Virus record (IMG/VR): IMGVR_UViG_3300045971_000577
Span: 1-64,000 of that record
Reading direction: 5' to 3' (one strand)
DNA length: 64,000 nucleotides
Below, in pieces: positions 10,808 through 22,193 of the stretch. Every line of letters starts with the position of its first letter. Positions within the stretch are counted from its first letter, which is position 1. Position numbers and translations under genes: made by a program. The notes under the pieces are model-generated. The model had not been told where the DNA came from, did not search any database, and saw nothing but the letters and a program-made list of their open reading frames with translations.

Positions 10808-11232
10808 ATTTCACGCTGCCAGAAGCAGGCTCCACTTCAGTTCAGTGGGGGTCTTCCCGGTAGCCATCACTTCGCCGTTCGGGTCGAACAGCGTCCAATC
10901 GGACCCGCGGATGTCGACGTTGTGGCCTTTCGGGCCCGTGTACCTGTTCGACCAGGCCTTTGTGCCCGTGCCGTTGGCAACGAAACCAGCGGTGTCGGTC
11001 ACCTTCTGGTAGGCTTGAATACAATCAACCATGTCACCAACGGATGCAAACATTGCGATTCCTTGTTGCGATGTCACATTATGCAGCGGGCAGCGAAATA
11101 AATCAACCTGTTTTTGGCTAATCTGCTGTAGGCGCTGCAAGACGCAAGGGTGTGGCGGCGGAGTTGACGGATTTAGGCGTGGATTTAGCTGTTTTTAGCC
11201 CTGTCTGCGGGCATAGTACAGGGCCCTGTATT

Positions 11233-11559
11233 TTACCGCGGCGGCCTATTCAGCGATCGCTTTACGCTACCTGCGGATTCCGGTATGATGAATGCATCGA
11301 ACTCCCGCCCTGGTGAAACTTTGCCGTATCCGGACATATGGCGAGGCGGTAAATCCCCCTCATCGAGCTGCCCTCTCAGTGCGTCTACCACCGTGCCGTT
11401 GCCGAACCCGAGGACAAACATCTTCTTCGGGTCGCCCCACACTTCTGCATTGATGTGATCGACGTATTCACCACCACAGTGGCCGCCTTTGCATTCACGA
11501 TATCCATCAGTGGATAGACTGAACACTTCGTTACATTGGATGCACAATAATAGCTTCAT
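11233..11559 (-). CDS. Hypothetical Cys-rich protein
   Basis: N-terminal CIQC..C...C. Confidence 0.65.
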   Translation of the reverse strand: MKLLLCIQCNEVFSLSTDGYRECKGGHCGGEYVDHINAEVWGDPKKMFVLGFGNGTVVDALRGQLDEGDLPPRHMSGYGKVSPGREFDAFIIPESAGSVKRSLNRPPR

Positions 11560-11822
11560 TTAACTCTTTCTTAGTTAGTTTGCAGTTATCGAAATGATAT
11601 CGTTTCATCGGTGATCCGCTACCGACCTTGCCACCCACTTGCCGTTCACTTTGCCACCTTCTTGCGGTTGAAGAACCACGTGACCAGTCCGACCAGCAGT
11701 GCCGCCCAGATGGCATTCTTGATGGGGTCTTTCTTATCAGGAAGGAAGTTCACGATGTGCGCCTTGCTGTGTTTGTTGCGATGTGTGTGTATTATGCAGG
11801 AGTCACCACCTGCTGTCAACTA

Positions 11823-12032
11823 CTATTTGAATAGATCCTGGATGCGTTTCCAGGAGAAGAACTGTTCCACGCCCGCGCCGGTTCCGACAGCACTCAGCGT
11901 TCCTTTGACGCCTTTCTTGCCGACGTTGAGTACCGCACCGGGATTGCCGATGGTAATGCTATTCGGACCACGCTTGCCAACATTCAGCTTGACTGGCCCA
12001 ATCTTGAATACCTTGCGAAACTTGAAGTGCAT
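11823..12032 (-). CDS. DUF4236-like protein
   Basis: FRKVFKIGPVKLNVGKRG..SITIG pattern. Confidence 0.65.
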   Translation of the reverse strand: MHFKFRKVFKIGPVKLNVGKRGPNSITIGNPGAVLNVGKKGVKGTLSAVGTGAGVEQFFSWKRIQDLFK

Positions 12033-12149
12033 TTTCTTTCCTGCTGTGCGATGTATGTATTATGTAGGAGTCACACCCTGCAGTCAACAGGTATCAGAAA
12101 AGAGTGCATAAGTGCAAGGGTTAGATAAATATTCAACAGGGAGACGAAT

Positions 12150-12884
12150 ATGGAAGCACAACTCAACACGAAATCAATGTTTATCGACAACAAATACACG
12201 AAATGGTATTGGAGCATTGTGGATAAAGCATTGCAACGAATACCAGGGCCCGGAATAAAGTATGAGCGGCATCATATACTGCCCAAAGGCAAATACCTGT
12301 TCCCGGAGTTCAAATCCCTGAAAATACATAAGTGGAACGGGGTCAGCCTCACGCATAAAGAGCACTTCGTATGTCATCTTCTGCTAACGAAAATGACTAC
12401 AGGCAAAGCCCGCAGTTCCTGCATTTATGGACTAATGAGGTTTTCGACTGGATTAGATAAATGCACCAGTCGCCAGTATGCAAAAGCTCGCACCCTCTTT
12501 TCGTCAACACGAAAGGGCGATCCAAACCCTCACAAAGGCAAGCCGGGCAGGATATGGACTGACGAGGCTAAAGTCGAACATTCGAAACTCATGAAACAAG
12601 TTATGCAGGACGAAGATGTCCGACGCAAGTGTTCTGTGGCGAAGAAAGATAAGCCCGGCAATAAACACACGGATATATCACGGAGCAAGATTTCGTATGC
12701 TCAGCGAAACCTCTCACCGGAACAGCTTGCACGGAAGAGTGAATCGAAGAAGGGAAGCAAGAATGGGATGTACGGAACACAGTGGATAACAAACGGAGTT
12801 ACCTCGCGCCTGTTATCGAAAGACCTTCCTATGCCTGCTGGGTGGGCTGCTGGCCGGGTCGGGGTACGGAAGGCGGCGCAGTGA
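12150..12884 (+). CDS. HNH homing endonuclease with NUMOD-like C-terminus
   Basis: ERHHILPK...LTHKEHFVCHLLL; TAAATA late promoter at ~12127; opposite to the local strand. Confidence 0.85.
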   Translation: MEAQLNTKSMFIDNKYTKWYWSIVDKALQRIPGPGIKYERHHILPKGKYLFPEFKSLKIHKWNGVSLTHKEHFVCHLLLTKMTTGKARSSCIYGLMRFSTGLDKCTSRQYAKARTLFSSTRKGDPNPHKGKPGRIWTDEAKVEHSKLMKQVMQDEDVRRKCSVAKKDKPGNKHTDISRSKISYAQRNLSPEQLARKSESKKGSKNGMYGTQWITNGVTSRLLSKDLPMPAGWAAGRVGVRKAAQ

Positions 12885-14427
12885 CGTAGATCAGCTCTTC
12901 TTGAGCGCGGGTGACTGCCACATATTCCAAGTTCGCTTCTTGCACCTGCTGCCAGGGCTTCCGTGCATACGGGCTGGGGAGATACTTTTCCTTACCAACC
13001 AGAAACACACGGGGAAACTCCCTTCCTTTGCTTTTGTGTATCGTGGAGAGCGTAAGCACCTTGGCCTTTTCGCCTTCGGGCGTCGTGCCGAACATCTGCT
13101 TGATTTCTTCGACCAACTCGTCCACCGTGTGCTTATTTTGGGCTTGGCACCGCGTGATGATAACGCGCAGGCATTCCACTTGGTCAACGAGTGCTTCGAC
13201 TTTGTTTTCCTGATTCTTGGACATGAACTTGGCGGTCTGACGCGCTTCGTAGTCGTCCAGCTTGGCAGTCAGTGCAGCCAGCGTGCTGATCTTCCAACGA
13301 CGCGCCAGCTTCTCCAGCCCTTCACTAATGTCGCGTCCTTCAACGCGGCAGGCCGTACCACGTGACAGGAGTGAGTAAGCAGTTTGAATAAGCGGAGCGG
13401 TATTGCGGCACAGGATGACGTCCAGTTTGGTGAGCGTTTCCTTGTTCATCATCTCTTCGTACGTGATCGCACGCACCACACCGTCCGGGGCGGTTTCGTG
13501 TGCAACCAAGTCCGGAACAATGCGTTGCGCTTCGGCCACGATGTTCTTGGGGCAGCGATACGTGACGTTCAACGGCAGACTGGCGGCCTTCGTTGCTTCG
13601 CGCAACTGGTCCATGGAGTTTGCATCCGCACCAGTGAAACCGTAGATTGCCTGGCACGGATCGCCAACAAAGACCATCCGCCCGACACGCGGCGCAAGCA
13701 TGGCCAGCGCCAATGCACGCCGTGCAGGATTCGTGTCCTGGGATTCGTCAACCAGCACCCACTTCTTCGGCCAGAAACGAGCCTTGAAGTACAAGGGAGC
13801 CAGAATCATGTCGTCGAAATCGATGACTTGACGACACGCATTCAGAGACAGCTTGTAGATGAAACGAGCAGCATGGATGACATCGTCCGCATGCCAGTCT
13901 TCGGTGATGTCGTTGTCCAGGTCGAAGTGTTCCCACATATCGTACCAAACATCCAGATCGTCCATGCTGCACAGGTGTCCAACGGCGCGTTGCTTGCCGT
14001 AGCCAACCAACTTCTGGATGGCCGTACCGCACTGGCGGAACACCTCCGCATCGTCGTTGAACTTCTGGGAGTCGATCAGCTCGAACACCTTGTTAGCGTT
14101 GAGCTTGGCATCCGGGGCAACCTTGCGCCACACACCGTATCCGAAGGAGTGGACAGTGCCGGCCTGCGCCAGCTTCCAGTCGTAGCCGGCGGCTTCGATC
14201 TTGCCCTTGATTTCCGTTGCGATGGATTTGTTGTAGGCCAGAACAGCCACATCACCCAGCTTGTTCTTGACGATCTCTTCGATCATCACCATCAGCATGG
14301 AGGTTTTGCCGCAACCAGCGCGAGCAACGATCTCCAACGAGCCCGTACCCGTCAGCGTCCAGTCCTTGATGGCAACCTGGAGCGGGGAGAGCTTGAACGG
14401 TGCGTTCGACATTTTGTGTTCCGGCAT
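12829..14427 (-). CDS. UvrD/Rep-like superfamily 1 helicase
   Basis: Walker A ARAGCGKT, VLVDESQD, TYRCP, STIHKSKGREF, YVAVTRA. Confidence 0.92.
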   Translation of the reverse strand: MPEHKMSNAPFKLSPLQVAIKDWTLTGTGSLEIVARAGCGKTSMLMVMIEEIVKNKLGDVAVLAYNKSIATEIKGKIEAAGYDWKLAQAGTVHSFGYGVWRKVAPDAKLNANKVFELIDSQKFNDDAEVFRQCGTAIQKLVGYGKQRAVGHLCSMDDLDVWYDMWEHFDLDNDITEDWHADDVIHAARFIYKLSLNACRQVIDFDDMILAPLYFKARFWPKKWVLVDESQDTNPARRALALAMLAPRVGRMVFVGDPCQAIYGFTGADANSMDQLREATKAASLPLNVTYRCPKNIVAEAQRIVPDLVAHETAPDGVVRAITYEEMMNKETLTKLDVILCRNTAPLIQTAYSLLSRGTACRVEGRDISEGLEKLARRWKISTLAALTAKLDDYEARQTAKFMSKNQENKVEALVDQVECLRVIITRCQAQNKHTVDELVEEIKQMFGTTPEGEKAKVLTLSTIHKSKGREFPRVFLVGKEKYLPSPYARKPWQQVQEANLEYVAVTRAQEELIYVTAPPSVPRPGQQPTQQA

Positions 14428-15217
14428 TGTTGCTGCGATGTATGTATTATGCAGCAGCCGGTGGATTAGGTCGACCTGTTATTGAACGTCAGATCGGCCG
14501 TTGCTTTCATGGTATGCATTCAGCATCCGTTCCAGATTCTCCCGAATCTCCATGAGCTTTCGATCAACCTCTTTTTGCGAGGCCCAGGCCTTGTAGAGCT
14601 TGTAGAAGAACCACACCTCGAAACCCAATATCAAGACTGCGAATATTTTCATTCCGAATCCAATGTGCAAAGGTCATGTCCCCAAATCCGGGCAGCATCG
14701 GCCTTGTTGAAACGATCTTCGTTCAGTTCCCACGCACAGCCAGCGCAGTAGTATTTCCGTGTCGAATGGTTGTACCAGCGGATGCCGTCGCGGTCATCAC
14801 TGGCCGGCTTCATACAAGCGGTGCGATTGCACCGGCCACCCTTCTCGCCCTTATTGGCAGGCAGCGCCTTCTCTGTGCGAGGCCCAGTCTTTTCGGCCTG
14901 CCGCCGTGCGAAATAGCCAGTGGGTCCCTTCAGCGGCTTCACAGTTCACCTCCCATCAACCACATCGGGTCGAAGGTGTTCTGACGCTTCAGTTCCATAA
15001 CGACGATGCCTGCGAGCCAGAAGCGGTAGTTCCAGTCCATCGGATTCTGCCACTGGTACCTGTCACCATCCTTGTGGAACTGCGGAAATGCTTCACCGCG
15101 ATCCAACGGTTGGTAGTCAGGCTTCTGAAATACTTCCATTAGGCGCATAGTGCGTCTCCTTGCTGCGATGTTTGTATTATGCAGCAAAGAGTGGATTAGG
15201 TCAACGGCAGAATGAAC

Positions 15218-15589
15218 TTACAGCTCTTCCGGAATGGGCGGAAGTTCCGGCCAGTACAGGATGGAACCCATTCCCATGCTGTCCGTTCGGAAGTCCGTCA
15301 GCGTCTTTACCAGCTGACGATAGAAGCGGTTCGTTTCTTCGCGGGATGACCCCAACTGCACCGTTTGGCTATCGATGCCAGCCCTGGTAAGGGCTTCGGA
15401 GAGCACCTCTTGGCAGTCGCGCATGGTTCCGGTGATGCCCACGCAGGTCTTTCCAAACATGCAGCGACCGGAGTAGTCGTTGCGGAAACGGACGCTCCCG
15501 TGGTCACCGTCTTCGGCAATCACGTCACGCAGGTAGTATTGCGGATGCTTCATTTCAACCCTTCCACGCCGTTGCGTAAATCGATGCAC
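15218..15589 (-). CDS. Hypothetical phage protein (YSGRxMFGKxC)
   Basis: ORF in the co-oriented run. Confidence 0.7.
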   Translation of the reverse strand: MHRFTQRRGRVEMKHPQYYLRDVIAEDGDHGSVRFRNDYSGRCMFGKTCVGITGTMRDCQEVLSEALTRAGIDSQTVQLGSSREETNRFYRQLVKTLTDFRTDSMGMGSILYWPELPPIPEEL

Positions 15590-15733
15590 AAAGGATGCCC
15601 CAAAACACGAAACTCAGATTCATAATAAACCACACAAATCTCTCCCAGCCCGTGCCACTCGGTTTCATAGGAGCACCGACAAGTGCGATTGCCAGATATA
15701 GAAGGCCAACCAACCCGATGATGTTGACGCCGT

Positions 15734-16483
15734 TCATACCTTGCTCCACATCAGGTTGATTGCGGCGCCGCCGCCGATTGCCATGATCACCATGCTCAGG
15801 CGCAGCAACCAGGCCGGCGATGCGCTCGGGCCAATCACCACCAGGATAGCGAAAGAGAAGATCAGTGCAAGGATGATTGCTGCCACTTGCAAGGACACAA
15901 AGATGCTCATTTCGTTGCTGCCTGTCTGTCTGTGTTGTGCGATGTATGTATTATGCGTGACAGAACGGATTAGGTCAACTGGTCTTTGGTGTAAGCAAGG
16001 ATTCCCGCACCATCTTGCGAACTTTGGGAATGTCGCGCTTTCTGAAAGTAGGTTCCATCCCTGATCACCAGTCGTGAGCTGCTTCATTTCCTCCAGCGTC
16101 AACTTCCCACGATAAAAGGGCATGCCATCCAGTGTCTTGGACTTGGTGTGGCATCCTTTGGTGTCATAGTGCCACACCTCTCCTTTGTGCCTGAACTCCA
16201 GCCCAACGTGGCCGAAAGTCACCCCGTGTTCGTTCCACTCGTACGTGGTGTTCTTCTGTGCCTTTCGTCTGGCTGTTCCTAGCATCTTTCGACCACCAGA
16301 CCAGGACTTGGCACGATTGGCAGCAACGATGCCTTTCGCCTTGATGCCATGTTCCAGCAGGCATTCGGCAACCACTGCTGCATAGACGCAGCACCCGCCG
16401 TGGTTGATATAGGGAAACCGTCTGAAGACTGCATCGCCCAGGGTATCCAACCGTGTAATCAGTGTCATTGGTTGTGCCACCAT
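15734..16483 (-). pseudogene. Apparent frameshift fusion of a hypothetical protein to a small membrane protein
   Basis: The ORF reads through a promoter cassette; an alternative frame from ~16050 gives a natural C-terminus that stops at the promoter. Confidence 0.55.
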
Positions 16484-17477
16484 TTCTTGAGGCCATTTGC
16501 TGCGTCGATGATTAGGACGATTGCAAGGATAGTTCCAGCAACTTCAAGAATGAAACACCACAGCCACACCACCAAAAACGGAAGATAAAGAATAATCTTC
16601 CATCCGTCGTCCGTTGTGTCGTCACATATGATTTCCGATAGGATGTCGCGCAATGCGAAAGAAGCCCACAGCGCAAAGAAAAACGCCGCCAATATCAGTA
16701 TGGCGTAAATCAATGCGGCTGTGGTGCTCATGGCCGATTAGCCGTGGTACATGCGTTCGCCAGCGCCCAGGAGGTGCAGCGCCTTCTGTTCCACAGGCCA
16801 GCCCAGTTCGAGCAGCCTGTCGACCAGGTTGAAGGCGCTGGGCAGCGTCGGATTGACCATGCCGGCCAGCAGCGAATGGGCACGCTTCTGGAGTGCCTGC
16901 ATTTCGGCCTGCTGCTCCTCGACTGTCGAAACCATCGACTTGACCTGGTGGTCGTTGATGTCACGCAGGAGGGACTTGGCTTCGGAGATGAAGAACTGTG
17001 AGTTCATTTGGATCACTTTCTGTAACACTCGGGGTATGAGATGTGGCATACCCCTAACCACTCAAACAAGTATAGCTGATCTACCTGGCCCTGTCAAACA
17101 TTTTTGCGAAGCAATTGAAGGCAAAAGTGCAAGCGTAAAGGCTATTCAAGAATGGACAAATAGAAATGAAAACCATGACTGCTATGTCAACATCGGAAGT
17201 TGGAATAGCATTTGCACCGCAATCATCAAGCCAGAATCCCAGCCCAGCCAACAAAGCACTGAGCAAATAGGTGGTCAGAAGAAATGATACCATTTTCTAA
17301 CCGTTCGAGCTGGTTTGCCTCGCCGCCAGGCCAGGTGTCTTGCACAGTCGAGCGCGAGGCCAGCACTGAAGCAGCCCGCGGTGAAGAAGTGGAGAAGCCC
17401 GTCAACCACCATTGCAGGGCCCAGCAGCATACGCCACCCCCACGATTGGATGTTGGGCTCCCCACTTCGTTTGAAGT

Positions 17478-17804
17478 TCACTTGCCGAACTCTTCGATCA
17501 GCGCATCCAGCCAGCGATGCCGGTACTTCTGCACTTCGTCACGCGGATATGCACCGTGTTCGATACCCACGTAGGTGAGGTAGGATTCGACGCAGTTGCC
17601 GTAGGGCCGGAGCCGTTCCATGATGACACCGACCGCATCATCGTATGCGATGGTTGAAATGATCCTTCGATCATGCAGCCGCCGAAGCGCATGGCAAATG
17701 AACTGCTCTTTGGCGCCGATCGAATAGGTCATCGAAACGTGATTCTTGGCAAGACTGAATGCTCGCTCAATCTCCAGCCGTTCCCAGCGCGAGTAGTCGC
17801 TCAT
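17478..17804 (-). CDS. FICHA..KYRHRW family protein
   Basis: Paralog of 17801-18151. Confidence 0.8.
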   Translation of the reverse strand: MSDYSRWERLEIERAFSLAKNHVSMTYSIGAKEQFICHALRRLHDRRIISTIAYDDAVGVIMERLRPYGNCVESYLTYVGIEHGAYPRDEVQKYRHRWLDALIEEFGK

Positions 17805-18151
17805 TTCGAGAACTCCGCAATCAGTGCATCCACCCAGCGGTGTCGGTACTTCTGAATGCAGTCCGGATCCTGCAGCCGGGCCGCTTGGTAGGCCCTGACA
17901 CCGAGAGTGGTAACCAGAAAATCTTCCACGGTCGAGTGGCCAGGACCCAGGCGGCGCTCAATCATCGCCGTGGCCACTCGATACTGGTCGTGTGTGATCT
18001 TGCCGCGCTCTTCGGCATCTTCAATGGCGTGGCAGATGAAGGTGTGCCTCTTGACAGTTATACGCCTGCCATCAGACTCGGAATTCACCAGTCGAAGGTA
18101 CGGTTTCGCAGCTTTCAGCGCCTTGGCAATCTGTGCTCGTTCCAGGCTCAT
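17801..18151 (-). CDS. FICHA..KYRHRW family protein
   Basis: Start MSLERAQ; tandem paralog. Confidence 0.8.
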   Translation of the reverse strand: MSLERAQIAKALKAAKPYLRLVNSESDGRRITVKRHTFICHAIEDAEERGKITHDQYRVATAMIERRLGPGHSTVEDFLVTTLGVRAYQAARLQDPDCIQKYRHRWVDALIAEFSK

Positions 18152-18669
18152 ACGCACTCCACAACTTCGCCTTGCTTCAAGCCAACATCGCCGTACCGCT
18201 TGATTTCCTTCTCGCCAGTGCCTAGCTTGTAGGTGTCGCCGCTGTTCGGACCCAGCCCCTTGATCATCACCCAGGAGCACGTCGGCCAGGCAACCACCTT
18301 GTCGTCGAACTTCTCGCTGGCATCGCCCTGGAGCACAAAGCTCTGGCATCGGCCGATCTGGATGTTGCCGTCGCGCTGCACGAGTTCCAGCACGCTGAAG
18401 CAGTCGTCGTCAGCCACTTCGGGATCGTCGGCCTTCGGCTTCTTGTTGCCGGGCTTCTGCACGCCCTTCGGAGCAGGTGCGCGACCCAGGCCTTCGACCG
18501 GTGCGGCCTTCTTGGCGTTGTTGTAGTGGGTAGCAGCGGCCGCCAGCGAACAGCCAGTTTCAGCCATCAGCGTATCCATCACGGTCTTGCGGAACGACCG
18601 CCCATCCGTTGTCGCCAACGCGATGTGCAGGTTGTACAGTTCGACAGCTCTTTCCTTTGCGGTTGTCAT
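18148..18669 (-). CDS. SLAxAATHYN family protein
   Basis: FRKTVM..GCSLAAAATHYN..VEGLGR. Confidence 0.8.
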   Translation of the reverse strand: MTTAKERAVELYNLHIALATTDGRSFRKTVMDTLMAETGCSLAAAATHYNNAKKAAPVEGLGRAPAPKGVQKPGNKKPKADDPEVADDDCFSVLELVQRDGNIQIGRCQSFVLQGDASEKFDDKVVAWPTCSWVMIKGLGPNSGDTYKLGTGEKEIKRYGDVGLKQGEVVECV

Positions 18670-18725
18670 GTGACTCCTTGTTGCGATGTATGTATTATGC
18701 AGCAGACGGTGGAACTTGTCTACCT

Positions 18726-19091
18726 CTATATGAACAGCGATGCATCGACACTCTGATATCCGTCGATGGTCATCACGTAAACCTGGTGGTTGAGTGGATC
18801 GCCTTCCATGATGCTCTGCAGGTCACTTTGGTAGAAGGAATCTTTCCCGAACATCGGATCCACTGCCGCCAGGGTGATCTTGTATCCGTCAGCAACGGTG
18901 TATCGGGATTCGTCGATCCGGCATTCTGTCCGTTGGACGGGAGAGTCACTGCTGCGAAATGCAAAGCCGGGGATGATGCCCACATGCTGCAGGCGCGACA
19001 TGGGAATGAAGAACGCCAGATTGGCTACTCCATATTCGGCTGCAAGTTTCTTCAGGTTCATATCAAATCCTTGTTTCTTCTTTGCCGCCAT
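18726..19091 (-). CDS. Hypothetical protein
   Basis: Minus-strand ORF with RBS. Confidence 0.7.
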   Translation of the reverse strand: MAAKKKQGFDMNLKKLAAEYGVANLAFFIPMSRLQHVGIIPGFAFRSSDSPVQRTECRIDESRYTVADGYKITLAAVDPMFGKDSFYQSDLQSIMEGDPLNHQVYVMTIDGYQSVDASLFI

Positions 19092-19638
19092 CAGCGCATT
19101 CGGGGCAGACGGCGAACATCACTCCAACGTAGTCACCGTCGCCGTCGAACGCCTTGGTTTTCGGATTGAAGGTGTGGCCGTACTGCAAGTGAAAGGAGCC
19201 CGTCTCCGGCTTGGTGCTGTCAACCGCAACATTGTCGCACTTGGTGCACCAGAAGGATTGCGGCTCCCGCGGAGTAAAAGGATTGAGCTTCATTGCGTAT
19301 TCGGGTAAATGTCGTCCCAACCTTCACTGTACCAGTAATCAACAGTCAGTTGGTACATATCGATGCTCTCGAACATCCGACTATTCAGTTCCTTCAGGAT
19401 GCCGTTCTTCCACAGTCGAATGGTCTGCATGCTGTTCTCAGTCAGGCAGCTTATCGCCAGGGCCCCAGAAGACCGCTTCCCAGGTCTTCTGGTCGTCGAT
19501 GAAAGTCCAGGACGAACCCAGCGGCTCCAGCCACCTGCCGCCGACATTGGGTGTCCCATCGGGCTTGCGCTTACGGACGGCGAAGTAACAGGATTCGGGG
19601 CTGCCGGATTCTCGGGTGGGGTTCTGGATCAGCATTTC

Positions 19639-19983
19639 TTACTCCTGTCTGTCGTGGATGGGAACTGCGCCGTAGGATTCGGTACCGATGATCTCGCGAA
19701 CAGCATCGTGGAAGCGGCTGTCGCTGGTGTGGGCGAAGTTACCGCCCATCATCCACCAGCCCGGCTTCGGCCGCCATTCACCGATCTCCAGGAACTCGGC
19801 CGGCACAATCTTCACATGCCCGGGGACGTTACCCTTCACCAACATTGCCGCAGGAACATCCCAATGCGGCTTGGTCGGGCCCTCCACATTCACCAGGCAG
19901 AGGTCTTTCACCATTCTGCCGGAGATGCCCTTGTTGGTGCAATCGCCCAGCGGAAACTTGTAGACAGAAACGCAGAGGCCCAT
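19639..19983 (-). CDS. Hypothetical phage protein
   Basis: GDCTNKGIS...MMGGNF..SDSRF..PIHDR. Confidence 0.75.
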   Translation of the reverse strand: MGLCVSVYKFPLGDCTNKGISGRMVKDLCLVNVEGPTKPHWDVPAAMLVKGNVPGHVKIVPAEFLEIGEWRPKPGWWMMGGNFAHTSDSRFHDAVREIIGTESYGAVPIHDRQE

Positions 19984-20676
19984 TTGGTTCTCCAGATATT
20001 TGTTGCAGTGACTAAACTATAACGCAGGGTGGGACCGATGTCAACCGGCCAACTTCTTTATCAGAAGGCCCTGCAAGTCGCCCACCTCATCGTTCTCGAG
20101 ATAGAAATCGGTCTTCGGATCCCAGTACTTGCCTTCCTTGGAATCGTAGTAAAGCACGCGGCCATTGCCAAAGTGGAACGGCCCTTCGAGACCATTGCGC
20201 GGGCCGTACCGTTCATCCCTACTGAAGGTGATGTAGGCCACGTTATCCGCCAGTGGGTTCGTCAGCGTCGGCTTCGTCTTCGTCGGGAGTATCGTCGCCG
20301 GCGTTGGGAATGTAGTCGTTGGAGCGAGCAAACTGCTTCACTTCATCTTCACTCAGGAAGTTCAGCAAGTCGCGGATGACGTTGTCCTTGTCAAGGACGC
20401 CTTGCTCAACCAGGTCGAGCATCTGGCAGGTAACGGGCCTGCTTTTCCTGTGATCAAAACCAAACATGGTCTGTCCTTGTTGTGCGATGTGTGTATTATG
20501 CGCGGACAGATGGAGTCTGTCAACGACTTTTTAGGAATCGCTCACCTTTTAGCTGAAAGATTTCGTGCAAGCGTTCATGCCACACCAGGAACTTTTTCTG
20601 GGTGGGTGTAAGCCCATTCCAGATAGTTTCATCGATGTTGACCGGCCGTACGAGTTCTGATTTCATCTGTTTCTCC

Positions 20677-20901
20677 TTATTGGTGCTCGAGCAGCGTTTG
20701 ACAGTGCAGGCAGCGTATGCATGCAGGGACCGCTAAACGCCGCGCATCCGCTATTTTTTCGCCACAATCCACGCAAATATCCGACCCTTTGCCCTGCAGC
20801 ATACGCCCGCGCACAGCAGCAATCGCGTTCTCATTCAAGTGCATCGCGTGGAGTTGACCCATCTCTTCTTCGGCAATGTTACTATGCTGGGTGTTATCCA
20901 T
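20677..20901 (-). CDS. TraR/DksA C4-type zinc-finger protein
   Basis: CVDCGEKIADARRLAVPACIRCLHCQ. Confidence 0.88.
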   Translation of the reverse strand: MDNTQHSNIAEEEMGQLHAMHLNENAIAAVRGRMLQGKGSDICVDCGEKIADARRLAVPACIRCLHCQTLLEHQ

Positions 20902-21571
20902 TTTCGAGTTCAGCTTTCTTTCGAGCCAGAAATGCATTCATAGAATTTCTTCTCTTCTGCCGTGTCTCTTCGGAGATAGGTTTTGGAGGATTATCCTTTA
21001 GGTAGGCCTTACGAGTCTCGGATTGTTTCCGTTTTGTTTCTTCCGAGTGGTGCTTTCCAAAATTCGGATGATTGACTCCTGCTATTTTAGCAGAAATAAG
21101 CTCCTTTGTCTCATCTGAATGAAAATTGCCTTTGTTCTTTGCACCAATCTTAGATCTTGTTTCTGCCGTCGGAACTCTGCCATAGTTTGGATTATTTTCA
21201 CCAGACGTTGCTGCAGATATTCTTCTTTTTGTTTCGTCTGTATGGCCGTCACACTTGAAGCGTCTCTTTGCGTTATACTTTACATTTTTGTTTATCAATA
21301 GAGGATTATTCCAGTTCTCGAAGATTAGCGATTGCTCAAAGTCATAAGCAGACTGATCATCAAAGAATTCGGCAACGATAGTCCAATTGAACTCGCTGAA
21401 TGTTTTCTTTATTGGTGGTGAAGATGTGAAGTAGATCTTTCCAAAATCTTCCGAAGATGGAAGATTATGAAAAACATTTCTTTCTCGATAGCCGATATAG
21501 ATCTTGCCGGTGACAGAGTGGACGCCTATATACACATAGGGCATCGGTTTAGTCGAGGCAGGGAACGTCAC
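20894..21571 (-). CDS. GIY-YIG endonuclease with NUMOD3-like repeats
   Basis: YVYIG..TGKIYIGYR; repeated HT/SxETK..IS and NPNYG; TAAATA upstream; AT-rich. Confidence 0.85.
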   Translation of the reverse strand: MTFPASTKPMPYVYIGVHSVTGKIYIGYRERNVFHNLPSSEDFGKIYFTSSPPIKKTFSEFNWTIVAEFFDDQSAYDFEQSLIFENWNNPLLINKNVKYNAKRRFKCDGHTDETKRRISAATSGENNPNYGRVPTAETRSKIGAKNKGNFHSDETKELISAKIAGVNHPNFGKHHSEETKRKQSETRKAYLKDNPPKPISEETRQKRRNSMNAFLARKKAELENG

Positions 21572-21794
21572 CTCTTATTTATCCTCGATGTTCGAGTGCT
21601 GTACGGTTTCGACTTCGGTCTTCATAGGATACCCAACATCCGCTTGGCATTCTGTAGCTTGTAGGTCATCATGCAGTAGATTCGGCTGTTGCCCTTTTCC
21701 ATACACATTTCAACGGTGTCGGATGTGTACATCCAGGATCCGATCATGAGAATAACCACAACCAGTGCGGCTATTGCCCAAAGTGCATTCTTCA

Positions 21795-22193
21795 TCAGCT
21801 GCCCATCGAAAAGTCGACGTTGTAGAACTTCTGGCTGATTTTCACACCTTCGAAATACAGGTCGCTGAAATCATGTCCCCAGACGCCGTATCGACCAGCA
21901 GAAGAGGAACGGTTGAGCATACCAGGAATGTGTCCCGGATTGCCGACATCGCCTTCCTCTTCCTTGTAGATGCGCTCGTAATCTGCCCGGGCGAGCACCA
22001 GTAGATCTTCGCCAGTCATTTCCGGCGTTAGTTCATGTTGGAAGCTCGCTTCGGTGCTCAGCGGATAGCTGTAGCGGAAGTTGAAGAGCCCGCTCAAGCC
22101 CAGCGCCGGAATCAACTCGTCGATGTAATCGATATCCTCGTTGGCGAAGCCCTTGACGAAGGATGCAGCGTGGATATTGCAGTCGAGTTGCAT
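21795..22193 (-). CDS. Hypothetical protein
   Basis: ORF with RBS. Confidence 0.7.
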   Translation of the reverse strand: MQLDCNIHAASFVKGFANEDIDYIDELIPALGLSGLFNFRYSYPLSTEASFQHELTPEMTGEDLLVLARADYERIYKEEEGDVGNPGHIPGMLNRSSSAGRYGVWGHDFSDLYFEGVKISQKFYNVDFSMGS

